Shown: positions 1 to 12,919, numbered from the whole stretch's first letter. The stretch: DNA of 63,786 nucleotides, filler included, from Sphacelaria rigidula (GCA_964200075.2; 10 parts of 10 records of this genome joined end to end with filler, not necessarily neighbours in it), one strand, 5' to 3'. Notes: a model not told the origin generated them from the sequence alone. Program-made: numbers and translations.

Positions 1-399
1 GTTGCTTTATTCTGTGGTATCGCCACTTCCAGAGACAGCCACAGCTTTTACACTGCCTCATGGGTGTCTAACCAAAGGGGATTCTGTTCATGCGCCTCGT
101 ACCGCCGCGGCGGATGATGTCGCCATGCCGACTGCACGGGATGGCGAGGCGGGTCTGGTGGGCACCGCGGACGGGTTCGGTCGTGGTATGGTACAACGGG
201 AACACGGGAGCGCAGTTCAAGGGGGATCGGCGATGTCCCGCGCCAGCGCAAGAACACATGGATTGACACAGCAGGAAAAAGTGCTGCGCAAGAAGATAAA
301 GAACAGGAAGAGGTAGATTGGGAGACTTCACATGCTCGCGCAAAACTTCGTGAAGACTGTTGGGCCGGGGATTTAGAGTAATGGACGACTTCCATTTAG

Positions 400-1600
400 T
401 GTAGGCGCTGGAACTGCACGGAACGCCCGTGGCTGTCATTGACTACGTCGCCGCCCACGGATTCTGCATGACAGCGTCGATGCGGTACAAGCAAGATCAG
501 TTTTACGTAAAGTGGAGGTTGAACTAACATCCCATGGCCCTTGCATTGACGGCTGCTGCGATTCCGTGGGACAACTGCGATTTTCGGCTCACGACGAGTG
601 TTATCGGGGTCGGCGCACATATGAGTACTAAAGCGGCCACCTGCGTGGCTATGGAAAATCTCCCTGGATATCTGTCGCTCATGCACAAGCACCGCTGGCA
701 AGGAGAGCTGGTGGCCACGGATATCACGAGGGGACCCCTCTGGCAAGGGGACGGCGAGCAATGGAAGCCTTACTTCGCCGTCTTCAACGGTGCAGCATTA
801 CCTTGCGGGGTGGCAAGGATCGCAGGTGAAGGTGGCCACATCGACACGTGCTCGGAGATCGAACTCAGAGAGGTGAACAAGGTTGTCAATTTTTGCGTAC
901 TCTCAGTCTGAACGTGTACGCGAAGTTTTCGAAGTCTTCCTCTCCAATTTTGGTCGGAATATTAGTGTCGAAACATGGAAACATGACGCCCTTGTGCAGG
1001 TGGCCCAGCTTTGTGTCCGGCATGAGAATATTTTGATGTTGGGGCTGAGCTCGCATGAACTTCAGGTTGTTTACATACCGGTTGGTGTTCTACAGTAATG
1101 CAGTTGTATTTATCCGTACCGAGTAGTTTGGAACGCTGTGGGTTCAATATCCCTACAGACGCCGTTTGCATCTTGTCTATCCGTTACTCAATACCCATGG
1201 TAAAAAAACACGAGTAAGCGAGTAGGATGCAAGAGTGCTTCTCCGACTTGAGATGCCAGATTAAAAGTCGCGCGCAACGGGAGGTATGGGGTGGTCCCGT
1301 GAGACTACGTGCCCACCTCGCAAAAGGGCATGCATTGAAGGTGTGAGGGCGAACAAATGCCTAACGGAGTGTATACCCCGCATCACCCGCCCTCTTCTGG
1401 CCTCGTGCTCACATTCCCCCACTAGGCGATACCGATGATGCAAGGGAGCCGCAGGTGTTGCAAGTACCTCTTCATGCAACTGGATACCACGAAGAGTTGG
1501 TCCGACTCGAAGGCTGCCATCGACCGTCTTGCTGATACACGCCGCGTGGATGAGAGGGGTACGATGGCGGCTCGCATGGTTGCCGGCGATGAGGAGACCA
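400..1600 (+). pseudogene. Decayed Academ/DUF6589-like DNA transposase fragment
   Basis: In the frame of ORF 534..911, read through a stop: ALELHGTPVAVIDYVAAHGFCMT...WDNCDFRLTTSVIGVGAHMST. Later LDTTKSWSDSKAAIDRL...MVAGDEET (ORF 1435..1686). The order 'L..G...VI....HG.C' / 'WDN.DF' / 'GD(Q/E).T' resembles Academ/DUF6589 proteins. Stops and an unrelated ~910-1290 segment interrupt it. Confidence 0.42.
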
Positions 1601-2669
1601 GACCCCACCAGTCGCAATTGTTGCGACGGCGGTCGAGATGGCCTCACAGAGGGTGGGTCGAAGGATTCAGCCGGGATCTGGATTGAAGATTCAGATCCAG
1701 AGTGCAGCAGCTCGGAGAGGGAGGGTTCGGCATCGGAAACGGGCAAAGACCACGACGATGAATTCGCGTTTCAATTGAACCTGTAGAGAAAGTTGGAGAC
1801 ATGTTTGCTGCAGATGAGTTGCGGAGGTATACATGTAACCCTGGCGGCTGTCTGCTGCAGACGGAAGTTATAACCCATTTGTTGGGTTGATGAGGAAGTT
1901 ATATAGTGCTTGGTGCGGCGCGCCCTTGGGTGCGGACGTCTTCGGCAGGTAGTCCGGCGACGCCCTTGGTCGAATCGCCGGTTGTATCTGAACATAAATA
2001 TTGATACTGATCGAACGAGGAATAGAACACAAACCAGGAGCAAGCCATGGTCTTCCAGTTAATCTTTTGGTGTACTGTGCATCATGACCATCGCACGCGC
2101 ATCGACTCCAGTCGTGAGGCGGCGTCCATAGCGTTCTGCACAGCGGGCGAACAACCCGGGATCTCTGGTATAATCGATAACAACCGGTCATCAAAATTGA
2201 GGATGGAGGTTCTCCTTGAGGATGATAAGCCGGCAAATTAAAATCTTCATATCCTCACCACTTTTTCGAAATATCGTTGCGTTCCTTCACGTAATGGTAG
2301 CTATTGCCAACTACTGCACGCGATACAAATTTGGAATCCGAGGATTGAATTTTTGGGGTCCTACGTGATTTTGGTTTGGGGGGGGATGCAGGTGATAAAA
2401 ACGGAACACCTCACTTCCATCCTCTGTGTCGAAGATTAGCGGCTCAATGTGCTGAACGCTGCAGGGACACCGGATGATGTTCTTCATCCCTTTCTCATTC
2501 ATATGTTTCCCACCGAACTACCGTTTGCACCACACCGGACAGTCGATGTGACTACTTATGCTGCGAAACAAACTCTGGCGCCATTTCGGCGGCATTACCC
2601 TTTTGTTTCCGACAGCTTAGACCATCTTTGATGGCAACCAATATGCATTTGTACGAATATGAGGATGTA

Positions 2670-3000
2670 AGTTCGTTTACAGGCGATTTTCTCCCGTAGA
2701 TTGTTTTTTCGGATCCAAGCCTGTTGGGCAATGTTTTCGAGTTAGCTGTGAGAAAACCAGATCAGTTCTCCGATTCTCTCGACATTCACTTTCGGTTCAT
2801 CACCTTCCTGCTCAAACCGGGACACTCCCGCATCTCCCCCGATTTTATCCAGATTTAGAACAGGAACGTTATGTATCAGAAGTCAACGTCCAGAGATTCG
2901 GAGAATTCATCTGGATTTCTCACAGCTAGCCGGAAAACATTCCCGACGGACTGGAGTCCGAAAAATTAATCAAACCGATAAAATCGCCTGTAAACGGACC
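2670..3000. mobile_element. Foldback/MITE-like imperfect hairpin with ~150-nt arms
   Basis: Left arm GTTCGTTTACAGGCGATTTT...AGCTGTGAGAAAACCAGAT matches the reverse complement of ...ATCTGGATTTCTCACAGCT...AAAATCGCCTGTAAACGGACC. Short loop near 2820-2850. Confidence 0.8.
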
Positions 3001-4107
3001 GGAATCCTCATATTTGTACAAATGGATTGCCCTGTGCCCAGGGTGCTTCCAATTTCAATCTACTGCAGTGTTGGTAACGTTGCGGTCTTGGATTGCGGCG
3101 GTGAAACTGGAGTAATCTCGGGTGGACCCTTGTTAGAGGTGGCTCTAAAATCAAGGTCTGCCGAACGTACCCGGAGTATGGTGAGGTGTCGTTGCACGGA
3201 AGCGTAAAGTTGTATTGAAGCATAAATCGTGTTTGTCTTATCGCCGTCGCCCTACATTCGCAAGGACCCGCAGCAAGCCGGCGCTGAGACGCGAGCCGTT
3301 TCCCGACAAATTCCCGCTAGGTCGTCCTGCACTAGTCCCGGGCACTACCATGCCTGTTTTCAAGTACACATACAGGACGTGCTTCCCGGTATGCCACAGA
3401 CTCTAAGTTAAAAACTGCTGTTTCTCGGGCAGACAGGAGGCAGCGTCAAGCAGCTGCACGCTGGGCCGAGGGGCCCCATATCGGGAAATGACGGCACTAC
3501 CACCCCCCAGGTCGCCAAGACCTCATTCTGGGGCCGTAGGAGGGAAGGGAAGGGGGGGTACCCTATTTGAGGAGGGGGGTGCCCCCCTGATCGATGGATG
3601 ATGGCGATAGTAAATGTTGTGTGTGTGCGCATCGGTCTTCGAACACACATCCATGTACATAAAATATGCTGCTTGCCGCTGTGTTCGACACCGTGTACCA
3701 ACCGCAGCGTGACGCCTTCGGCGGTACTACCTACTCACTGCACAGTGGTAGGGTGCAGGGTGACAAAGCACACCGCAGGATGTCACATCCTTACTCAACC
3801 CCTGTCCTGCATTGATATCGCGCTGTCCGATGCAGTTCGCCACATCATGAACGCAGCCGCTTGTACCTGCGGCCAAAGTGTACGGGATATCACCCCTCGC
3901 CACGCGCTATATCGCCACGCCATATTTCGCAAAGCTGTCTGTGTTGCAGCTATAGCGTGCGTTTGCCCCAGATGGCGTACGCAGGAGTGCAAGGCCGCCT
4001 CCGCCGCTGTAATGGCTGCCCGTATCTTGGGGCGAAGATGTATGGCAACACAGCCGCTATGGCGCGAAAGCCGCCTGTAACATTACACGCCGTAGAGATT
4101 TTTACAC

Positions 4108-5100
4108 ACTGTTGTCTCGAAGTGTAGCGTTGCAGTTACCGACTTCAAGGACGAGTATTGCACAAATTACAGTCGGTGATATATTCTATACTGTCCTATA
4201 CTGTGCAAATCAATTCGACCTAACGGTTCACGAGAGAAAGGGACCGCTGAAATCCTCTCGCGATAGAAAAGAAAGGCATGCACCGCAGAAGGAAGGTAGA
4301 GAACCAAACCAAACAAAAAAGAAAAAACCTCTGTGTTGGCCTTCCTGCTGTGTGACCCCGGCTGGTGCGCGCACGTATACCGAAAGGTGGAGACCAGCGT
4401 CCAGAATAGATGAGACGATGATAACACACACAACACACTGTGCGCAGCACACGTTTAACATCGTGTTCGTACTGACCGTAATTTTTTTTTCCCAGGATCT
4501 GGTACATTTCCATATGTAATGCAGGATCTGGTACATTTCCGCATGTAATGTTGCTCGGTGACATCGTAAAAAAGCCCGCAACATCTGGGCGAAATGCAGG
4601 GGAGGCAATCGCCAAAAAATTCACGTGCAAACTCTGCTCCAGTGCACTATAGGTTGATAGGTTGATATCGTTAGAAGAACACTACCATAACCACCTTGCC
4701 GGCTGCCAGATTGTCAGGACGTAGGACCCGCTATTGATAGCATTGCTCCTATCTGTACGGGGATGTTGCCCCCTTGTCGGGTACGTGGGGAAGGGTCCGT
4801 TGCAGAACGCAGTGGTCGCGTCAAGCAGCTGCACGCTGGGCGTTCTCACTCAAGACTTCGATTTGGAGCATGATACTTGGTAGGCAGCAGCAATCACTGT
4901 GTGTCCAGGTGTCCCTTGGAGCAAGACGCGTTTGGTCTCTGTTTGACAAAGTTTTTCCCCCCCAAACCGAAATCAGCAGGGTTTTAGCGTGGAACAATGT
5001 TGCCAAGTTCGAGTCGCAAAAAATTGAGTCGCAAAAACCGGTAAGTTGATTTTTCACCCGGAGCAGAAACCAAATTTACTAAAAGTGAAACTGGAATCGA
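4108..5100 (+). repeat. Interspersed repeat, copy 1 (reverse-strand homolog at 42575-43216)
   Basis: Long shared blocks, e.g. GCGTCAAGCAGCTGCACGCTGGGC.TTCTCACTCAAGACTTCGATTTGGAG and CACTGTTGTCTCGAAGTGTAGCG. This copy has ~390 nt extra at ~4190-4580. Confidence 0.88.
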
Positions 5101-6228
5101 GATTGGTTGCCATAAAATATGGTGTAAGGGCCTATATTATCGAGTAAGAAAAAAACAAAAAAAGTCCAAAAATCAGGCAATCGCCAAATGGTCCGCAGGA
5201 TTCGTTATAACCGGAGATGTCGACTTTTCCAGGACGGTGCGACAAACGCAACCCACTCCTCACCTCACCTCTCCGCACATATTTGTCTAGCACATTCGCA
5301 AGAAGCATGGCAGACGGCACCCACAGATCGACAAGAGAGAGACCGACGAGACGCCGAAGTGTGCCGGCCCGATTTTTGCAACCTGGCGGGAGCAGCGTCG
5401 CTGCGGGGTATGCCCCGATCCGTGCAGCAAGCACCAGCGGGAAACAAGCCGTGCCGGCCAGCTCTGTTGATGTTGACCAACCCGGGGGAGGAAGAAGCCA
5501 TGAAGCATGGTCTTCCGGGGTTCGGCCGTGCCGTCGCGGATCATATGACTGGCCTTCCAGTGTTCGGCCGCAGCACAATTATTACAAAACCTGGGCCGGT
5601 ACATGGGCTGCCAAATACCGGTTCTCCATATCGAATTCCAAACCACAACTCTCACGAACTTAGACAGGGTATCCAGATTTAGCGTATTCACAGTCTCTGC
5701 TCCGGGGTTACTGAGTGTAGCACGGTTCGTACTTGCATCATAACTGTACGTAGAAAAGGATTGTAGGCGAACGTGACGGTATCATCGGCTCCGCCGCGCT
5801 CCATGAAATGCCCACACCAAAAAGGGTCATCACCCGCTGTATACGTATCACTCCATGTATCATATAGATTTGGGTATGAACCTGATGTTTTTACGGTAGG
5901 AGAGCTACCGTATGGACTAATTTTCATTGCAGTAGGCGGGACATTGGCCATCAATCCTAAACACAGAGGTTCGATCCCGAGTCGTGCAAGAGGTGCTTGT
6001 ACTCTCACTGTCATCCTACTTTTTCCCTCAAGTTTTTCTTATCTTCTGTTACCGTGATGCCATTGCCGACGCGAAAGATTCCAAGGGCAGACCGAGTAGA
6101 GTAGTATGTACTTTTGAATACTCGGGTGAAATACCCGACCATTTACTCTACTCAATTTTTGAGTAGATTGGGTACGACCTAAAACACTCTACTCAAATTT
6201 TGAGTAGATTGAATACGGCCTCATATAA

Positions 6229-6290
6229 CAGCCGATTCTATATTTTGGGGTTCATACAAAATATGGGGCTGAAGTGGCATATGTGTCTTG
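6229..6290 (+). mobile_element. Terminus of abundant CAG-ended DNA transposon/MITE family. Other copies: 18889-19068 +, 25558-25661 -, 31658-31846 +, 44723-44791 -, 50929-51010 +, 51111-51187 -
   Basis: Shared start (T[AG]A)CAG[CTG][CG]G[AG]T[TC]CTA...G[AGC]GGTT...AAAATGAGGTTGAA at seven scaffold ends. The 44723 and 51111 copies are more diverged. Confidence 0.8.
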
Positions 6291-6390
6291 NNNNNNNNNN
6301 NNNNNNNNNNNNNNNNNNNNNNNNNNNNNNNNNNTTAATTAATTAANNNNNNNNNNNNNNNNNNNNNNNNNNNNNNNNNNNNNNNNNNNN
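6291..6390. other. Artificial scaffold linker N44-TTAATTAATTAA-N44. Same linker at 12680-12779, 19069-19168, 25458-25557, 31847-31946, 38235-38334, 44623-44722, 51011-51110, 57399-57498
   Basis: Identical 100-nt spacer with stops in all six frames every ~6.39 kb. The pieces between are 6290, 6289 and 6288 nt in descending order. Confidence 0.98.
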
Positions 6391-6459
6391 GAGGGAGTGA
6401 TATTGTTATTGTGGTAGTATTGGCGTTGGTAATGCCCTCGGCGCATAGGCGCACGTAGT

Positions 6460-6490
<31 letters not shown>

Positions 6491-7151
6491 TATTTGATTG
6501 CATAAAGAAAAAAGCTCACGGGTGTACCAGACGACCTGCCACACTCGCGGTGCGCTTGTATTCGGTTAAAAACGGTGTCAAGCAGTGTGAATCAGCGCTA
6601 TATATCTACAACGAGAAGCTCGTTTGAATAACCGTTGCTGCTTTCAACGACAATTTGACTTGAGAGTTCGTGGAAAAAGTGGCCCGAAATACCCCCCTCC
6701 CCCCGCCCCCCCTGTCGTAGGATGATTGATTTTTTTATTGATTTGATCGTCGCACTTCAACTGACCCCCCAGAGGTCCAGCCGTGGTCTCGTGATAGACA
6801 TACCAAAGAAAAACGATATTGAAACACGCTCTGAAGAAAAGAAGGAACAGGAAAAAAAGGGAAAAAGTCGAACAGAACGACATCGCAGACTAAGTCGTGA
6901 CAAAAAAAGAAGGTAATGGATAATTAGACGAAAGCAATGAAAGCACGGGAAGGCTGGTGAAGTAGACACGATCAACAACGAGAGTGAGGAACGATGAACG
7001 TATATACCTACAGAGAAGCGAGGAGAATAGGGGAGGAGCTATCACTACAGTACGCGTTCAGTTAAACTGGTTTCACGCCCCTTTCCCCATACCTCAGAAT
7101 GCGACCATTCGCTGAGTTGACCACCCTTACCTCACACGGAAATGGCAACAG

Positions 7152-10100
7152 GTTCCCGATGGAGTTCCTGGACGTTGAGCGCCGTCGTGCCCTAGTTCAG
7201 ACGAAGAATCGGAGGGGACAGACGCCTCTACACCTTGCGGCCGCATTCCGCGGAGGGGAGACTGGCGAGGGTGCCGGCAAAGGTGTCAAGCCCATCGTGC
7301 AGGTACACCATATACAGCAATCGTTTCAACCGGTTTGGAACCGTTGATGAAAAAGTGACGATTTACATTTGATGTTTTCTTGGGTAAGATATGGTTCTTT
7401 CCCTGCAACTGTTGACGATGCAGCCCCCCAAAACGGTGCACCACACTAAGTTCAAATGGCCCAATGTGACAGATTCGTGCACTGAGCTCAAAGTGACGTT
7501 CTCGCGGTGGCGAAAGCTCGCATATTTATATATATATATATATATTACATATGGGAGTTTGTAAATCGTCACTGTTCCATCAACGCTTCCAGAAGAGTGA
7601 ACAAGGGATGATGGACGTGCACTACAAGTCCCTCTTCGTTACGTGTCACTACCCACGATGTATATAGACAACCCGTCCTCATACCCTTCCCAGTGTTTCG
7701 ATACATCTTCGAGAGAGGGCACTGATGTCTAATAGACTTTGTATATCGATATCGACACATCACTATGATACGCTCTACAGATAGTATGACATGCCCAGAT
7801 CATCACGTTATCAATGAAGTGGTCCGGAAGCTATGGTCCGGGAAATGCCACGTCCCCCCTACATCCATATCACCGTTGCCAACAACAGCCGATATTCTTA
7901 CGGGAAGGTAACAGCCACAAGATACACCTGTGATACGTACCCTCTACGACCCCTCTCACAATTACTTTCCCGCACCTCTCTCGCGCAGACCGTGTTGACA
8001 TGGCTGGCAGAGAATGGAGCGGATCCTAACTCGTACAACTACGCTGGCGAGACTCCCATGCATGTCGCACAAAGAGTGGGATCTTCGGAAACTGTCAAGG
8101 AGTTGGAGACGAGGGGCGGGGATTTGATGGGAGAGTATAAGCGGCGAGACAGCAAGAGGGGGCGACAAGTATTAAAGAAGGGCGGAGAGGTACATATTCT
8201 GGGCAGAGGATTGTTGAGGCGTCTCCGTCATCTAGAAAAACATTTATCGTATTGGTGCCCGAAGAAACAACGTGTGTCATGCGCCAACGGCACGGTGTAG
8301 AAATCAGCGATTTTCGCCAACCTCCGATGAAACAACTGCTGTATATCAATGCTTGTATGTTGAGATGGTATATTTCAAGCATGGCATAAACAATCGCATT
8401 GTGGCACATGGTTGGGGTATGCTCTACGGTTTTCATGGTCCCCACTGCTCACCATATTCAGTTCTCTGTGTAACTGGTGACACCGGCGAACACGAACGCA
8501 TGTTTAGACCATGTACATTTGACCAGCCTATCATGGAGCAGATGACCACACCCACGCTTGTCTACCAGAATGGTGTAGCGCCGAACCTACTTCGTCAGAT
8601 CCTACTGCCTTTGCTGTACCTGTCGTGTTTCAAGTGCTGACATCTTGCCCCCTCGTGCACCATTGTGGTATCATCGCCGCTCAATTCTTCAGCTTCAGCG
8701 AAACGGGATCGTGATGCAAAATCGCGCGAACATCATGGCGGACGAAGACAACACCTCCAGTAGATCAAACAGCAGATCGAACAACACGTTCGCGGCTGTA
8801 GCAGACGAATCTGCAGTGCCACGGAATAAAGATGCCGCTCTCCAGGGTACAGCCGAGTTTTCCCCACTTCTGCCCCCACCATCTAAGATATTCGGCTTCA
8901 CATACGTGTCGATTTTCGTAGAGAAGTTCAGCCTTCCGTCCCAACGAAGAGGGGCTCCGGCGATGGAAAGGCCCTTGCTAACGATCTCGGTCTACAACTC
9001 CAAGGGTCATCGGGTAGAGGCTGCTCAGGTAAGGCGATTTTCACATTGATCCAGCTACATCATCAGTAGACCAACGATAACGGCGGGGTGCACCGTTTAT
9101 CCTTGGGCAAAGGCATGTCCATTAATGTGTGCGACCTTCACGCAAATTCTTATATTTTCCAAACGCTCTTTCTGGTGCACTTGAATAATCGTGTGCAGAT
9201 TGCTACTAGACATGTCAGTAAACAGGGAATTCTATAAAATGAGGTTGTATGCCAAAATGAGTCTCAAGTCCAAGCAAGTGCTTTCCCCACACTTACAGTG
9301 ATGGTGCCCAATGCCTCTTTTGTCGGCCTCATGGTCCTCGATCGCGTAGATACTTCTGCAGCGCATTTTACCGACTCTGTGAGCTTGCAACGCTTAGCGA
9401 AATCGTCATTTTCCCGGATTTTGGGGAGGGGGTGTTATCAGGGGGAATGAGGGTTGGGAACAGCGCTGTAAGCTCATAGAGGCGGTATAATGCGCTGCAA
9501 AAGTATCTACGTGATCGAGGACCATGAGGCCGACAAAAGAGGCATCGGGCAACATCACTGTAAGTGTGGGGCAAGCACTCGTTTGGGCTTGAGACTCATC
9601 TTAGCATACAGCCTCATTTGATAGAATATCCTGTCAGTGTGCTTTCTTTTGACGGCGAAGTGCCTGTCTCGGCCAAGAGTGCATTTGCGCAAGGCTCACG
9701 AGGAAACCGCCGTGTGACAAGATTCCACTTAACGATGACGTTTGAACTTCAAATAGCGCAGCTTCCACAAGTTCAGGCGCATCCTCAATTACCTCTAGAT
9801 CCCGCTGCCTCCTATCCTTTCAATGTCTACCTCAAGTACCCGGTTCCAAACGCTTCGTCAGTATACCGCATGTTGCACGTACCGGGTGCAGGACATCATG
9901 TCGCCAGCGCTTGCATTCCCCGATTACCTGTGGTGGGCGCGGACGTGGCACATGCGGACTCCTCTGGACACACTCGGGGAGGGAAGCATCATTGTATTCG
10001 AGCTTTGGGACCTGAAGGTGCGTTTACATTTCTACTCATGTATTTTCTAGGAATATGTAGATGCTGCCCGCCACGTCATTATTCTAGCTTCTGACACGAC

Positions 10101-11584
10101 ATATCCGACCCGAACGTCCGCTGTAAAAGATCACCTAACAGGTAGTCGTGTGCCGCAAAAACAAAAACAATTTATGGGCAAGAAATGGGTATCTTCCTCA
10201 GTAGTGGGAGGCTGAGAAGAACCAAATGCCAGGGGATGGCATCGCGAGTATTACCGTCCACGCCCTTGCCCCTCGCCCTCCTCCCCCCCCCGGCAACCGT
10301 GCACGATATTGTCGGAAAGTACCTCCGGAAGCAAGCCGTGAAACCCTTTGCCGCACCTGGCAATGAGGCATTTCCGGGCAGTGGCAAGAATATTTTTTCA
10401 CCTGAAATACACGTGTCAGCCCACGCTCGCTGACCCGGCCCACATTCCGATTTCTTGAACGACCGTGCGACCTATATCTGGGACGGGAATATCCATCAGG
10501 GATGTGAATACCCACTCAGGTTCTTGATATCAATCTGGGATATCCCTCTCTACGTGCAATATTCATCTGCGGTATTGACGTTCGTGCGGGATATTTCTCT
10601 GGGACATCCACGCTCATGTAATCCACCCGGGGTATTCACCGGGAACATCCATCTACGATATGCCCCCGGGATATGCATCCTGTATTCTTGTAGGATGCCC
10701 ATGTGAAACGTGCATCTGAGACGTGCATCTGGGATAGCCCGTGGACTGTGCTTGGTTATCCCTGAATAAACTGACATCTCAGATGGATCTAGCACCCTAG
10801 GTGGATATCCCAGATGGTCATCCCGGATAGATTTCCATATCCCAGGTGGACATCCCAGGTAGACATTCCTCAGTATGGATCCGGTATCATTGGCGAAGGG
10901 CCTAGATGGACATCCCATATCATGATCCTGGGTGGATCCAATATCCTAGATTGACATCCCAGGAGGACATCGCATATCCCAGATAGATTTACAACCCAAA
11001 TATCCTAGATGGATGTCGTAGGAGAACATCCGGGATGAAAATGAACCCAGATGCATGTCCACATCCTAGATTGATGTCCCCGATGGTTGTCCCAGATGGA
11101 GACCCCAGACGGGCATCAGTATCCCAGATGGACATTAGTATCGCAAATATATGTTCGAGATGGATATGATATCCCAGATTAACGCTCCAGATGGGTTTGA
11201 CATCCTAAACGGAGGTTGCCCGATAGTGCAAGGCTTCCCCATTTGCTAACGTGAGCATGCTTGAGGTCAAATCCCAATTACCAGTATCAACTTCCCACCC
11301 TTCGCCCCCGACCGATTGCTGGCGCACTCATGTACCGCCGTCGTCTGGACAACCAGCTGAAAACGGCGCAACGGGACTCTACCTCTGCGATTTGCTGGGG
11401 TGCTCTCCCTCTAGACCAGGACAAGCTCAACACGCAGTTCGAAATACTGCCGACGTTTATGCCCTCCACAGATCCCGTCGGCTTCGCTAATGGCATGGTG
11501 GGTGCGAGTGGTGGAGTGGGTATCCCCCCCAAGGCTGACGCCATGCTGGGCATGGACGTATCCCTTACGCGTCTTCTAAATTAA
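7152..11584 (+). CDS. Ankyrin-repeat + AIDA-type C2 domain protein, 5'-partial. Exons 7152-7302, 7989-8189, 8693-9028, 9892-10017, 11357-11584
   Basis: Ankyrin motifs KNRRGQTPLHLAA and WLAENGADPNSYNYAGETPMHVA. C-terminal LLPPPSKIFGFTYVSIFVEKF..PLLTISVYNSKG..AAQD..PLDTLGEGSIIVFEL..ICWGALPLD follows the AIDA C2 pattern. All four introns are GT-AG and phase 0. Stop codon ends at 11584. Confidence 0.82.
9223..9633. mobile_element. Intronic MITE with ~175-nt TIRs (CAG-ended family)
   Basis: CAGGGAATTCTATAAAATGAGGTTGTATGC...GCCTCTTTTGTCGGCCTCATGGTCCTCGATC is mirrored by GATCGAGGACCATGAGGCCGACAAAAGAGGC...GCATACAGCCTCATTTGATAGAATATCCTG. Spacer is ~65 nt. Confidence 0.9.
10470..11215. repeat. Intronic degenerate minisatellite (ATCCCAGATGGAC-like) that reverses orientation near 10765
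   Basis: The left half repeats ATCCATCTGGGAT-type units. The right half repeats ATCCCAGATGGAC/ATCCTAGATGGAT-type units. Confidence 0.72.
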
Positions 11585-12919
11585 ACTCTCGACGAAGCGG
11601 CACGTAGCCATAGCTGATGGAGAGGTTGATTTTTGTTGGCGGTTGTGGCGCGTGAAATACGCTTTACTGAATAAGGGTCATTATTGGACTTTAACGCCTG
11701 GCGTGGAAGGGGGACGGGAACAGGGATTTTGTGCTCCAACTATTGATCTGCCGTGTTCCGGGGGATAGGACTGGGATAGAGACCGGGTGTGCGGCGGATG
11801 AGGCTTGCTTTCAAGCTGAGTGTGTCTACCCCGTACATGACCGTTGTCATGTGAAGTTGCGGCGCTTGCTTTGAGGGCGAGTTGTTGTTTTCGCTTCAAG
11901 TTAGTGAGCTTTGTACCCAAGTCGCATCATTTGTCATTCCAGAATATGGTCCCATAACTTTGATGCGTTCAGTGGTTAACGTAGACATGACGGTAGGGCG
12001 ATTAGGAGTCGAGGAGATAAGCATCACAAGGAAGTCTGTCTGTATGCTACTTGTATCCTTCTATGGTCTATTTTTAACAGTGGATTGGATGAGAATTGAT
12101 GTTTGCATGGCATGAAGGGGCTGGATCCATGTGTCGTTATGAATTAGTTGTAGGTTTCCCTTTTCCCTCATACTGGCACTGCCTGTGGTCCTACACCGTA
12201 CGCTTTACGCGTTGTACGAAGCATTAGATGTTGATGTTCACATTGCAGCCAGCTCCTGACGCCCTGCAATACCGAAGCACACGTACGTGCTTTATTCGCT
12301 CTGGTTGGCTTGGGCCTCGGCAACGGGGATGACGTTGCTCTATGATTTTCCCCGTGGCCCTGGTGGAAGAACTCGCCGTTGAATCACACCGAGATTGACC
12401 ATACATAAAGGCCACCACGGTGCTAGGCTACCGTAGCGAGAGAGGCCTCGCTGACTATGATTTGAATGTACCAGGCGCTGACGATCAAAACCTGGGTAAC
12501 TCGCTCGAGGAGTGCGTCGCATCATTCCGTGCGCGGTGTAGACCTTCGTCTTAGATGTGGCACTTGGGGTAAGCGTCGGAGGTGCTCAGCACACGATGTT
12601 GCCTCATACACAACATCCAAGAGTGAGACTTGGTTTGGGTTACGTGATGAATGACAAACTATTTGGGGGTTCGGGGGGGNNNNNNNNNNNNNNNNNNNNN
12701 NNNNNNNNNNNNNNNNNNNNNNNTTAATTAATTAANNNNNNNNNNNNNNNNNNNNNNNNNNNNNNNNNNNNNNNNNNNNCCCCCCCCCCCCCCGGTGATG
12801 ATATTGCAATCACCCCGACAACACCCTCCACGCTAATCGACGCAGGAGTAGACGTTCACGTTCCGTCTGAGAGTACACCAACTGGTAGGCTCCCCCTTGA
12901 TTCCGACATCACCGCTTCG

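Noticed and set aside
5132..6060. Cluster of 100-160-aa ORFs on both strands
   Set aside because: No domain or exon structure could be supported.
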